64,000 nt of DNA from Phycisphaerales bacterium (lineage in GTDB: Bacteria; Planctomycetota; Phycisphaerae; SM23-33), in NCBI GenBank assembly GCA_018644725.1, contig JABGPZ010000054.1, positions 4,502 through 68,501 on the forward strand, given 5' to 3'. The notes under the pieces were generated by a model. The model did no database searches. It was not told the origin of the DNA and worked only from the letters and a program-made list of their open reading frames with translations. Shown here in pieces: positions 15,500-24,437 of the stretch. A program made the position numbers and the translations under genes. Numbering within the stretch: the stretch's first letter is position 1; each line of letters opens with the position of its first letter.

Positions 15500-17464
15500 A
15501 TGAATTGTTCACGCAAGATTTCGCTATTTCTCGTACTGGCCATCGCATCCATTGCTGCGGCTGACCTCAAACCCACCCTCGCCAAGAGCAAACTCTCGGC
15601 CGTGACGCTCTACCGCTCTCAGGCGCTCGTCGTGCGGGCAGTGGACGTCCCCGCCGGAACCGGCGAAATGGCGCTCACCGTCAACGGCCTGCCCGCAGCC
15701 GTCGACCCCGCGTCGCTGTTCGCCTCGTCACCCGATCTGAAAATTCGCTCCGTGCGCTACTTCACAGAGTACGAAACCAAGAAGCTTCCCACCGATAAAA
15801 TCGCGCCGCTCGAGGCCAAGCTCAAAGCGATCGCGATTGAGAAGACGACGCTCTCGACCAAAGGGCGCCTGTTGAGCAGTAAGGAAAGCTACCTCCAACT
15901 GCTCGAGCGGCAATACCTCGCCAAGCTCGGCACGACGACCACGAACACCACGGCGGGCAGCAAGACCACCGGCTTCGACTTCAAGACCATCACCGAGATG
16001 ACCGAGTACCTCAACACCCAGAAGGAATTGCTGATGGGCGAAAAACTGGGACTCGCGGCCGAGGCGCGCAAGCTCGACGATGCCAGACAAGACATCACCG
16101 ACCAGATCAACGTCCTGCGCTATGGCAAGGTCCAAGCTGGCAGTGCTAATCCCCAGGCCCGAAATTACCAGGCCCGCCCATCCCGCGGGACGATTCACCG
16201 CAAGGCGACGATCTATCTCGCCAAATCCGCGCCCGGCAAGGCCAGCCTTTCGCTGAGCTACATCGTTTCCGGCGCGAGCTGGACACCGGCCTACAACATG
16301 CGCACCACCGCCGCGGGCGCAACGCTGAACCTCGAATATCTCGCCCACGTCCGCCAGACCACCGGCGAAGACTGGGACGGCGTGAAGCTGACACTCTCGA
16401 CCGCGACGCCGAATATGAGCGCCGAAATCCCCATGCTCGCGCCGCTGCGCGTGAACCTGGTCGCGACACCAAAATCCCCGGGAAATAGCATAGCTATTTA
16501 CAGCAGCATGAATCAGTCGGCAACGAACATGCCCCTCGGAAACGGCTCGACCCTGGTAGTAGACAACGTCTACGCCCAGACGATTCGGGCGCAAAAAGGC
16601 ACGCTCGCGAAGTTCCAGAAGAAGGCGGGCCAAAGCGTTTCGACCTACAACTACGATTTGAACCGCAACGCCAACAACTGGCAAGGCATTGAGTTCGGCA
16701 ACAAGATCACCACGCTACGCCGCTGGAGCACCGCCGTCCGTCAGGTCGAGCAACAGATGGCCGTCGAATACAATATCCCCGACACCGTCACTCTCGCCAG
16801 CCGCAACGACAATCAGATGGTTCAAATTCTGTCCGAAGACCTCAAATGCAACCTCTATTACGAGGCCGTCCCGCTTCTGGCGAGCTATGTCTCGCGCGGC
16901 ATCGAAGCCAAGAACACCATCGCCCAGCCGCTTCTGGCGGGGAAATATTCCGCGTTCCTCGACGGCCAATACGTCGGTGCGGGGAGTGTTCCCGTCACCG
17001 CGACCGGCCAATCGCTCGTGCTTGGCTTCGGCGTTGATCCCCAACTGCGCTGCCGCCGTCAACTTGCAGACAAGACCGGCGACAAATCCTGGGGCAGCCG
17101 CATTGAGACCTATCAATATCGTCTCGTGCTGGACAACTTCAAGTCGCGCCCGGTCAGCGTTCGCCTGCTCGACCGCATCCCGATCACCGAAGACAAGGGC
17201 CTCGCGATCACCCTGCGCGACGGCAAAGACACCCTCTCGACCGACGAGAACTATCTGGACATCGAACGCCCGCGCGGCATTCTCCGCTGGGACATTACCC
17301 TCCCCGCCAGCACCGCCGGCGCCAAAGCGACCAAGTTCAACTACAGCTTCGATATGAAGTTCGACTCGGACATGCAGATCTCCACACAGACGCAAAAACT
17401 CCTCAAGCAGCTTGAGTTCGATGTGCAGGAACTCCAAGAGAGCAAACGCTTCAAAGCCCTGTAA
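15500..17464 (+). CDS. DUF4139/DUF4140 (mucoidy-inhibitor MuiA-like) domain protein
   Basis: AAGGAGA RBS and a signal peptide. N-terminal motif AVTLYRSQALVVR and an overall ~650-aa architecture typical of the DUF4140+DUF4139 family. Assigned from memory of the family, not from a search. Confidence 0.7.
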   Translation: MNCSRKISLFLVLAIASIAAADLKPTLAKSKLSAVTLYRSQALVVRAVDVPAGTGEMALTVNGLPAAVDPASLFASSPDLKIRSVRYFTEYETKKLPTDKIAPLEAKLKAIAIEKTTLSTKGRLLSSKESYLQLLERQYLAKLGTTTTNTTAGSKTTGFDFKTITEMTEYLNTQKELLMGEKLGLAAEARKLDDARQDITDQINVLRYGKVQAGSANPQARNYQARPSRGTIHRKATIYLAKSAPGKASLSLSYIVSGASWTPAYNMRTTAAGATLNLEYLAHVRQTTGEDWDGVKLTLSTATPNMSAEIPMLAPLRVNLVATPKSPGNSIAIYSSMNQSATNMPLGNGSTLVVDNVYAQTIRAQKGTLAKFQKKAGQSVSTYNYDLNRNANNWQGIEFGNKITTLRRWSTAVRQVEQQMAVEYNIPDTVTLASRNDNQMVQILSEDLKCNLYYEAVPLLASYVSRGIEAKNTIAQPLLAGKYSAFLDGQYVGAGSVPVTATGQSLVLGFGVDPQLRCRRQLADKTGDKSWGSRIETYQYRLVLDNFKSRPVSVRLLDRIPITEDKGLAITLRDGKDTLSTDENYLDIERPRGILRWDITLPASTAGAKATKFNYSFDMKFDSDMQISTQTQKLLKQLEFDVQELQESKRFKAL

Positions 17465-17480
17465 TCTCACCCGTCCATTC

Positions 17481-17527
17481 AAAACGCCCGTCGACTTTAA
17501 GGGAGAAGTCGGCGGGCGTTGTTTGTA
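17481..17527. terminator. bidirectional intrinsic terminator between convergent DUF4139 and hydrolase genes
   Basis: AAAACGCCCGTCGACTT-TAAGGGA-GAAGTCGGCGGGCGTTGTTTG. 14-bp stem with one mismatch or wobble. Confidence 0.7.
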
Positions 17528-17550
17528 TTCGATTGAATTGTCTTCGGAGC

Positions 17551-18465
17551 CTATTCGGGCTTCGGCAGGACCTCGCCGATCGGGCCGGGGGATTTTTCCT
17601 CGGCAGCGCGTTCTTCTTCAGCCTGCGCGATGCGTTCTTCGACCTGTTTCGCCAATGCGGCGCGGCCTTGGCCGGTCTTGACAAAGTCGACGAATTGTTT
17701 GTCCCATGTACTGGAGAGGATCAGCGGCGCGATGTATTTCGACGCATAAAACGTCGACGCGCTGGAGAAGTGATTTCCAATGTGGAACGAATCGACCATA
17801 TCCTGGTTCCAGCCGATTTGATAGAGCGTGTCATATTCCTTCGGCAGCGTCGTGGGCACTTCAAAGCCCACGCTCCCGGCCGACTCGCTGTGCTGGCTGT
17901 CCATCGTCCCCGCGAACAGCGTTCCAAAGCGCACGACCATATCCAGCGGCGAATAGAAGTTCACCAGACCCTGCTCGCTCTTGCGCAGCGCGCGCATCAG
18001 GCGATAGTCCTTGCTGATCGCTCCGTTGAGAAGCAGCACGCCCTGAACCTTGCCATTGGTCAATTTTTCGGCCGTGTAGACCGCCATTCCGCCCCCGCCG
18101 CTATGGCCGAGGATCATCACAGGTCGGTCCGGATAGGCCGCTTGATAGCGTTCGATGCGCGCGGCAATTTCGCCCGCGACCTCCCGATTGCGTTTTTCAT
18201 CGCGCAGGGAAACCAACATCCCCCAGAGGCTGGTCCAATCCTTGATTTCGATGGCCCAATCCACACCGCCATCGTCGAGACCTTCGGCAATCGCCTCGTT
18301 GAGAAGGCTACGCCCTTCGATCCCGGTCAGGAGCACCACCAGCCCGCGGTCCAGCCGGTCGGGCGAAATATACGGCTGACGATTACAGCCACCAAAGACA
18401 CACACCAAGGCCAAACCCGCTACAACGGCCATCCGCGATTTCAAATTGGAATAGATCATGTTCAT
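17551..18465 (-). CDS. alpha/beta hydrolase lipoprotein
   Basis: Lipobox-like signal (LALVCVFGGC). Nucleophile elbow ILGHSGGGG. Start chosen at the ATG at 18465; the ORF is open to 18522. Confidence 0.7.
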   Translation of the reverse strand: MNMIYSNLKSRMAVVAGLALVCVFGGCNRQPYISPDRLDRGLVVLLTGIEGRSLLNEAIAEGLDDGGVDWAIEIKDWTSLWGMLVSLRDEKRNREVAGEIAARIERYQAAYPDRPVMILGHSGGGGMAVYTAEKLTNGKVQGVLLLNGAISKDYRLMRALRKSEQGLVNFYSPLDMVVRFGTLFAGTMDSQHSESAGSVGFEVPTTLPKEYDTLYQIGWNQDMVDSFHIGNHFSSASTFYASKYIAPLILSSTWDKQFVDFVKTGQGRAALAKQVEERIAQAEEERAAEEKSPGPIGEVLPKPE

Positions 18466-18566
18466 CGTCCATTCTATCGGCGTAATGCAGCACAATTCCG
18501 CATAAAAAAACGAGCGGCCCAAGATGGACCGCCCGCTGAATTCAATGTCTGTCGCGCCCTGTGCGA

Positions 18567-19784
18567 CTATTCGGCGTCGAGGACGTCGATCGGAGGCATG
18601 GGTTTGCCTTCGAGATAGGTCAGGCTCGCGCCGCCGCCGGTGGAGACGTGGGTGACTTGGTCGGCGAAGCCGAACTGGATGATCGCGGTTGCCGAGTCGC
18701 CGCCGCCGATGACGGTCACGCCGCCCTTGGAGGTTGCTTCGGCCATCGCCTGGGCCACGGCGCGGGTGCCGCCGGCATAGACTTCGCGTTCGAACACGCC
18801 CATCGGGCCGTTCCAGACCACCGTGCCTGCGTTGGCGACGATGTCGGCATATTCTTTCGCTGCCATCGGGCCAATGTCGAGGCCCATCATGCCGGACGGG
18901 ATGCCCTTGCCTTCGGTTTCAATGGCGACGTCGCTACCGAATTCGCTGGCCATGAGGTTGTCGGCGGGCAGCTTGATCTTGTCGCCGGCCTCGGCCAGCA
19001 GCGCCTTCATGGCTTCGACCTGGTTCTCTTCGACGAGGCTGTCGCCGATGTCGCGGCCGTGGGCTTTGAGAAGCGTATAGGCCATCGCGCCGCCGATGAG
19101 GATCGTGTCGACCTTGTCGAGCAGCGTGCCGATGAGCTTAATTTTGTCGGAGACTTTGGCGCCGCCGAGGATCGCCACGAACGGGCGCTTGGGTTCGGCG
19201 AGTGCGCCGTGGAGATATTTGATTTCCTTCTCGACGAGGAAGCCCGCGACGGCCGCGCCGCCGTTGGCCTGGACGGCCTTGGGGCAGCCCCACATCGAAG
19301 CGTGCTTGCGGTGGCAGGTGCCAAACGCGTCGTTGACGTAGACGTCGCCGAGCGCGGCAATCTCTGCGCCGAACTGCTCGACGAGGGTGATGTCTTCTTT
19401 GGTGTCTTCGCGCGAGTCGAAGCGAACGTTTTCGAGGCAGACCACGTCACCGGGTGCCATCGCAGCGATCAGCGCCTTAGCGTCGTCACCAGCGATTGCG
19501 TCGGCGGGGCCGAGCTTGACTTCTTTGCCGAGGATCTCGCCGAGGCGAATCGCCGCAGGAGCCAGCGAGAATTCGGGCTTGACCTGACCCTTGGGCCGGC
19601 CGAGGTGACTCATCAGCACCAGCTTGCCGCCGTCAGCGATCACCTTCTGGATCGAGGGCAGCGCCGCCTGGATGCGGTTGTCGTTGGTGATGTTCCCTTC
19701 AGCGTCGAGCGGGACGTTAAAGTCCACGCGCATCAGAACGGTTTTGCCGGCGGTGTTGAGGTCTGCAATCGATTTCGTTTTCAT
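18567..19784 (-). CDS. pgk: phosphoglycerate kinase
   Basis: Full-length PGK: RVDFNVP N-terminal signature, SHLGRPKG, and a C-terminal VIGGGDSA motif. AAGGAA RBS. Confidence 0.95.
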   Translation of the reverse strand: MKTKSIADLNTAGKTVLMRVDFNVPLDAEGNITNDNRIQAALPSIQKVIADGGKLVLMSHLGRPKGQVKPEFSLAPAAIRLGEILGKEVKLGPADAIAGDDAKALIAAMAPGDVVCLENVRFDSREDTKEDITLVEQFGAEIAALGDVYVNDAFGTCHRKHASMWGCPKAVQANGGAAVAGFLVEKEIKYLHGALAEPKRPFVAILGGAKVSDKIKLIGTLLDKVDTILIGGAMAYTLLKAHGRDIGDSLVEENQVEAMKALLAEAGDKIKLPADNLMASEFGSDVAIETEGKGIPSGMMGLDIGPMAAKEYADIVANAGTVVWNGPMGVFEREVYAGGTRAVAQAMAEATSKGGVTVIGGGDSATAIIQFGFADQVTHVSTGGGASLTYLEGKPMPPIDVLDAE

Positions 19785-19959
19785 GGTCTGTTCCTTGGTA
19801 TTGAGAACGAGTTAGCAATCTTGGTTTCTCCAAAATCAAGGGGGACATTTTCGTCTTTTCCGCCCAAATTGCAAGCCCTTTTCCATACATTTTCCATGAA
19901 AGTCACGAATTCCGCAGAAAGTTCAGCGATCAATCCGAATTCATCGCCCACCTTGCCCG

Positions 19960-19988
19960 TTGCGATTCAGGATTGATTTTGGTATAGT
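19960..19988 (+). promoter_or_regulatory. sigma70-like promoter (TTGCGA-N17-TATAGT) for tRNA-Arg
   Basis: -35 at 19960-19965 and -10 at 19983-19988. The mature tRNA 5' end is 11 nt downstream of the -10. Confidence 0.6.
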
Positions 19989-19998
19989 TCGCGCTCAA

Positions 19999-20072
19999 GC
20001 GCCAGTAGCTCAGCTGGATAGAGCAGCGGTCTTCTAAACCGCAGGTCGTAGGTTCGAGTCCTGCCTGGCGCG
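19999..20072 (+). tRNA. tRNA-Arg (anticodon UCU)
   Basis: 74-nt cloverleaf. Acceptor GCGCCAG/CTGGCGC, D-arm GCTC..GAGC, anticodon stem GCGGT/ACCGC with loop CTTCTAA, T-arm GTAGG-TTCGAGT-CCTGC, discriminator G. No encoded CCA. Confidence 0.9.
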
Positions 20073-20074
20073 AT

Positions 20075-20299
20075 ATGCCGATTTTCGAATACACATGCAG
20101 CGCGTGCGGCGCGTCGTTTTCCAAGCTTCTCCGCTCAGCCACAGCCAAGGTGGCCTGCAGCGAGTGCGGATCGAAGGACGTCGCCAAACAATTTTCCACC
20201 TTTTCCGCATCTGCTGGTGAATACAGCGCTTGCGAGTCGAAGGGTTGCCCGATGACCGGCCAGTGCCCCTCGGGCGGCGGCTGCGGCGGGCTCGGCTAG
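20075..20299 (+). CDS. FmdB family zinc-ribbon protein
   Basis: Canonical N-terminus MPIFEYTCSACG, a second CxxC (CSECGS), and a Gly/Cys-rich tail. The ATG lies 2 nt after the tRNA discriminator. Confidence 0.8.
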   Translation: MPIFEYTCSACGASFSKLLRSATAKVACSECGSKDVAKQFSTFSASAGEYSACESKGCPMTGQCPSGGGCGGLG

Positions 20300-20381
20300 C
20301 CAAGACGTGTCCCGCAAGCCAACCTCCCTTGTTTCGCTTGACACTGGGGATAAGTTCTGCGCGAAAACCCTGTTTTTTCGT

Positions 20382-20411
20382 TTGCAATCCATGGAATGCC
20401 CAGAATATAAT
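20382..20411 (+). promoter_or_regulatory. sigma70-like promoter (TTGCAA-N18-TATAAT) immediately upstream of the 20420 ORF
   Basis: The -10 ends 8 nt before the ATG, which implies a leaderless or near-leaderless mRNA. Confidence 0.5.
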
Positions 20412-20419
20412 GCGTTCCG

Positions 20420-21448
20420 ATGAAACCACTTCAGCGAGCCATCTTGATGTGCCTCGTCCTTGCCGCGTCGGCGACGGCCTATGCTGCGCCGGGAATGACG
20501 TATCGTGACCATCTGGTGTACAGCCACACGAGTGGGAACATTACCGTCCACGCGACGTCGCCCATCGAAGCCGAAGACGCAATGCGCCTGTTCCATAGCG
20601 AGTTCGACCGCGTCCGCAGCGAAATTCTTCACGAAGACGAACTTAAATTGACCCTGCCGATCAAGGTGTTCATTTGGGACGATGAAATCCTCTATCATAC
20701 AAAAGTCGAGGTCGCCCCTGACCACGGCGGCGCGTGCAGTTTCCAAGTGAAAACGAGGAAAACCAAGCACCACGAAATTCACCTTTGCCCCAGCGCGCTG
20801 GCCGATCAATCCTACGACGAGGCTGTCCTGAATATGTTGCCCCACGAGATCTGCCATATCCTTCAGTACGAACAGTTCCAGCGCGACAAGCTCGTCGCCG
20901 CCAAACCCAAGTCCAAGCCCCGCGCAAAACCCGTCACGGCGACCTATCCGCTCGCGGTGGCCGAAGGGCTTGCGGTCCTCGCGGAACAGTCCGATCAGGC
21001 GATGCGTATCCGCCTTCTCGGAAAAACCCTCCGCCAGACCAAGGGCGAGTTGGCGACGAACCTCCTGCAGGTCACACACTATCATCAGGTCTCAGACATG
21101 ACGCAGTTCTATGCTGAGGCCTACAGCTTTTCCGAGTTCCTCCGCTCGCGCATGTCCGAAATGCAATTTACCAGCTTCCTGGAACTTCTCCGCTCGGGAA
21201 AAACCGTCCCGGCCGCGTTTGGGACCACACTGGGCTACAAAACGACCCGGGCTGCGTCCAAAGCGCTGAACTATCACTGGCGTCAGCACGCACTGCTCCA
21301 GGCCAAGCTTCTTGCGGAGCTGGAAAAACGAAAAGCCAGCGACGCTGCCAAGACAGACAAAGACAAGAAGAACGAAAAGGCGACTCCGCTTCCCCCCACT
21401 CAGCCCCAGAATGCTCCCCTTCGCCGCGCCCTGGCCAAGTCCGCGTAA
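20420..21448 (+). CDS. secreted HExxH zinc-metallopeptidase-like protein
   Basis: Signal peptide (ILMCLVLAASATAYA). HExxH motif (LPHEICHIL). Lys-rich C-terminal tail. No precise family recognised. Confidence 0.6.
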   Translation: MKPLQRAILMCLVLAASATAYAAPGMTYRDHLVYSHTSGNITVHATSPIEAEDAMRLFHSEFDRVRSEILHEDELKLTLPIKVFIWDDEILYHTKVEVAPDHGGACSFQVKTRKTKHHEIHLCPSALADQSYDEAVLNMLPHEICHILQYEQFQRDKLVAAKPKSKPRAKPVTATYPLAVAEGLAVLAEQSDQAMRIRLLGKTLRQTKGELATNLLQVTHYHQVSDMTQFYAEAYSFSEFLRSRMSEMQFTSFLELLRSGKTVPAAFGTTLGYKTTRAASKALNYHWRQHALLQAKLLAELEKRKASDAAKTDKDKKNEKATPLPPTQPQNAPLRRALAKSA

Positions 21449-21453
21449 TTCGT

Positions 21454-22347
21454 TTATTTCTCCTCGGGATCACTTCGCAGAATATCCAGGAATTTCTGTT
21501 CCGCCGGACTCGCTGCCTGTCCACGCTTGCGCAACACTGCCACGGGACGCGTCCACGGTTTGTCATCTTCGAGGGTCGCAATCCACAAATCGCCGCGCTC
21601 AGCCTCGGCCTCGACATTCTTCCGCGGCAAAATACTCACCCCGCCGCGCACCATCAAAGATCGTTTGAGTAGTTCAATGTTGTCGAAGACCGTCTCCACG
21701 CGCACACGAACCCGCGCCGCGCGAAGGCGTCGGTCGATTTCGCGCTGAGTCGGAATGTTTTCCTCGAATGCAGAAAAGGATTCCCCCTCGAGTTCACTGG
21801 GAGAAATGGTCTCGCGTCCGGCGAGGCGATGCTCCGGCGGGCAAACCATCACCAGCTCTTCATTGAACATGGGACTGTTTTCCAGCGAGCGGTCACGGTG
21901 CGGACAGGCAACCACGCCGAGGTCCATTTCCCCGCCAAGGATCGCGGCGTTGATGTGATTCCAATTCGTGTAGGTCACGTGCAGATCAACTTCGGGATGC
22001 TGCTCGAAAAAACGCCGCACATAGGGATCGAGCAAATAAAACCCGACCGAGTAAATCGTCCCCACCCGCAAAACCCCGCGGACTTCGTCGGAGACGGATT
22101 TGACCTCGCCGAGAAGTTTTTCATAGCGGCGAAGGATTGATTTTGCGCCTTGGTAGAAGGTCTTGCCCGCGTCGGTCGCAGAGATGCGGGTGCCGCCGCG
22201 CGCAACAAGCTGAACGCCGAGTTCGTCTTCGAGCTTGGCGACCTGCTGGCTGACGGCCGACTGGGAAATGTAGTTCGACTCGGCCGCGCGCGAAAAGCTG
22301 CCCGTGTCAACGAGGTCGCAAAATGTCTTCATCACATGGAGGTTCAT
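21454..22347 (-). CDS. LysR family transcriptional regulator
   Basis: N-terminal wHTH (FSRAAESNYISQSAVSQQVAKLEDELG) plus a LysR substrate-binding domain. Starts 8 nt after the stop of the upstream MBL gene. Confidence 0.9.
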   Translation of the reverse strand: MNLHVMKTFCDLVDTGSFSRAAESNYISQSAVSQQVAKLEDELGVQLVARGGTRISATDAGKTFYQGAKSILRRYEKLLGEVKSVSDEVRGVLRVGTIYSVGFYLLDPYVRRFFEQHPEVDLHVTYTNWNHINAAILGGEMDLGVVACPHRDRSLENSPMFNEELVMVCPPEHRLAGRETISPSELEGESFSAFEENIPTQREIDRRLRAARVRVRVETVFDNIELLKRSLMVRGGVSILPRKNVEAEAERGDLWIATLEDDKPWTRPVAVLRKRGQAASPAEQKFLDILRSDPEEK

Positions 22348-22354
22348 GGCGCCT

Positions 22355-22993
22355 CTAGTTCGTCAGGAACATGTTGCCGGATTGTTCTGTGGCGATGGTG
22401 CTATCGGGGCCGTGCCCGGGGAAGACCTGCGTCTCGGCCGGCAGGGTCATCAATTCCGATTTGATTTTCGAGATCAGCGTTTCATGATTGCCGCCGGGGA
22501 TGTCGGTGCGGCCAACGCTGCCCGCGAACAGAGCGTCGCCCGTGAAGACCCACCCGGCCGTGGGAATATGGTAGCTCACGCCGCCGACGGTGTGGCCGGC
22601 GGTGTCCAGCACATGACACGGCACGCCCGCGACCATCAGCACCTCGCCCGATTCCAGCTCGACGTCAGCTGGGGGGCTGGTGAGATGGAGCATGAAATTC
22701 GACGACAGATTCTTCACCGGATCGCTCAACATCTCCGTCTCGCTCGCTGGGCAATGGAGTACCGCGTCCGGCCAGGCCTCTTTGAGGTCCGCCACGCCGC
22801 CGATGTGGTCTCCGTGGGCATGCGTCAGCAAAATCCCCGCGACGGCCATCTCGTTTTCGCCCAGCCACGCCATGAGGTTCTTCGGCCACAGGCTCGGATC
22901 GACCACCCAGCAGTCCTTGGATTCATCGTCCCAGATCACATACGCGTTGGTATCCAGCGGCCCGACCACAAATGGTTTCATCTGCAATGTCAT
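22355..22993 (-). CDS. MBL-fold metallo-hydrolase (glyoxalase II-like)
   Basis: LLTHAHGDHIGG motif in a ~210-aa single-domain protein. AAGGAA RBS. Confidence 0.85.
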   Translation of the reverse strand: MTLQMKPFVVGPLDTNAYVIWDDESKDCWVVDPSLWPKNLMAWLGENEMAVAGILLTHAHGDHIGGVADLKEAWPDAVLHCPASETEMLSDPVKNLSSNFMLHLTSPPADVELESGEVLMVAGVPCHVLDTAGHTVGGVSYHIPTAGWVFTGDALFAGSVGRTDIPGGNHETLISKIKSELMTLPAETQVFPGHGPDSTIATEQSGNMFLTN

Positions 22994-23248
22994 ATCGTTT
23001 CCTTACGGTTTTGTCTTTTGGAGAGGCACGGGATTCCGCGCCCTTGTTTCCTCATTAGAATACCGCAACTCCCCCGCCCTTGCCATAAGAAAAGCTGAAA
23101 CCCAGCGGTGCTTCAGACCAGATTCACTCTTCCGTCCTCGAAAATTCATTGCAACGGGGGTGGTGGATGGCGATACTACATAAAGAAGAAAGGATTCGGC
23201 CGCGGTTGTGGATTCGCGAAACGCGATGTTCGACGGCGGCAAACTGAC

Positions 23249-23866
23249 ATGGACGTCACCACTTCATCCCGGCCCTGGGAGGCGATCTGGCAAGCGGGCG
23301 AGAGAACGCCCCTGCCGACGGCCCCGCTCTTGCGCAAGCTCGTTGTGTGCTTCGGTGAGCTGTGGGATTGCAGCGACCTGTTCGCGAATGTTCGCGCGGG
23401 CTACAACCAGCGCCTTCGGACGACGCTCGGACGAGCATTTTTGCGAGAGCTGCGCGTCGAGCTGAACCCGCGCCTGCTCAACGACCACCCCGCCGAGCTG
23501 ATCCCCACCCTCGCGCACGAATTGGCGCACCTCGTCGTGCATCACCGCTGCAACGCCGACGCCGCGAGCCACGGCTGGGAATTCCAGGCGCTCTTGCGGA
23601 TGCTTCGCCTGCCCGAAGACCGGACGCACAATCTCCCCGTCGAACACCTCCGCCAGCGACGCGGAGCAGCAATTTCTAAAAAGAAGTCGAAATTCCTCTA
23701 CCTCCACCGTTGCAGCGACTGCGGCCAGTTGTTCGTCGCCGCCAAGGCCAAGCGCAACTGCTATTGCCGCGCGTGCGGGCCGACGATGGAGTGGGAAATT
23801 TTCCGCCTGCCCAACACGGCCTCCGGCAAACAACTCGCCAACAAATTCCTGAACGCCAACGGCTGA
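23249..23866 (+). CDS. SprT-like zinc metalloprotease domain protein with C-terminal zinc ribbon
   Basis: HELAHLVVHH motif. C-terminal CSDCG...CRACG. Start chosen at the ATG at 23249; the track ORF starts at 23108. Confidence 0.7.
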   Translation: MDVTTSSRPWEAIWQAGERTPLPTAPLLRKLVVCFGELWDCSDLFANVRAGYNQRLRTTLGRAFLRELRVELNPRLLNDHPAELIPTLAHELAHLVVHHRCNADAASHGWEFQALLRMLRLPEDRTHNLPVEHLRQRRGAAISKKKSKFLYLHRCSDCGQLFVAAKAKRNCYCRACGPTMEWEIFRLPNTASGKQLANKFLNANG

Positions 23867-23909
23867 ACACACAACCCCACAAGCAACACTGCATGAGAAG
23901 GCTACCGCT

Positions 23910-24221
23910 ATGAATTTTCTCGACTGGATTCCCGAAGACCTCATGATCACGATTGGCACGATTGCAGGCCTGTTCGCCTGCGCGACAATTTCGGTCCAGG
24001 TCGTCAAAGAATGGCGCACCAAGGCGCTCTCAAGCCTGGCCATCGCCTATGTCGCGGGCTGGCTGGTCATTTTCTTCTTCTGGATGCTCTACGGGATTCG
24101 GTTTCGCCAAATTGCGCTGTGGCTGCCGAACATCATCGCCGTCGTGTTGCAATCAACGCTGCTGGTCTGCATTCTGCGCAAGCGAGCCCTGCACGCCTGC
24201 GAAGAACCGGCCGAAGAATAA
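23910..24221 (+). CDS. SemiSWEET/PQ-loop-like 3-TM membrane protein
   Basis: 103 aa with three hydrophobic helices. Resembles bacterial SemiSWEETs as recalled (TM1 ...ISVQVVKEWRTK in place of the PQ motif, WMLYGI in TM2, PNIIAVV in TM3). Confidence 0.5.
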   Translation: MNFLDWIPEDLMITIGTIAGLFACATISVQVVKEWRTKALSSLAIAYVAGWLVIFFFWMLYGIRFRQIALWLPNIIAVVLQSTLLVCILRKRALHACEEPAEE

Positions 24222-24230
24222 TTTTCTTCC

Positions 24231-24254
24231 GCCCCTTCGGGGCTCTTTTCTTTT
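24231..24254 (+). terminator. intrinsic terminator after the SemiSWEET-like gene
   Basis: GCCCC-TTC-GGGGC followed by TCTTTTCTTTT. Confidence 0.5.
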
Positions 24255-24363
24255 ATCCGCATTCCGGGGGCTTACGCCCCCGGCTAAACCCTTTCGCGCC
24301 TCCGGCGCTTGAACCAATTCCGTTGCATACGAATCGGTCCCCTTTACTCTCCCATTGTCCCAC

Positions 24364-24395
24364 AAAAAAGCCCGAACCTTCGAAAAGGTCCGGGC
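24364..24395 (-). terminator. intrinsic terminator after the 24438..24677 small gene
   Basis: The minus strand reads GCCCGGACCTTTTCGAAGGTTCGGGC followed by TTTTTT. Confidence 0.65.
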
Positions 24396-24437
24396 GAATA
24401 TTGAGCTGCACCAGATCAATCCTGGTGAACGCCAGTG

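Noticed and set aside
18490-18545. Hairpin after pgk as an intrinsic terminator
   Set aside because: A T-run exists on the minus strand, but I could not draw a clean stem. The arms AGCGGGCGG and CCGCTCGT pair only with bulges, so I left it uncalled.
18561-19976. 471-aa plus-strand ORF
   Set aside because: It is antisense to pgk, and its 3' end would run into the tRNA promoter region. No motifs.
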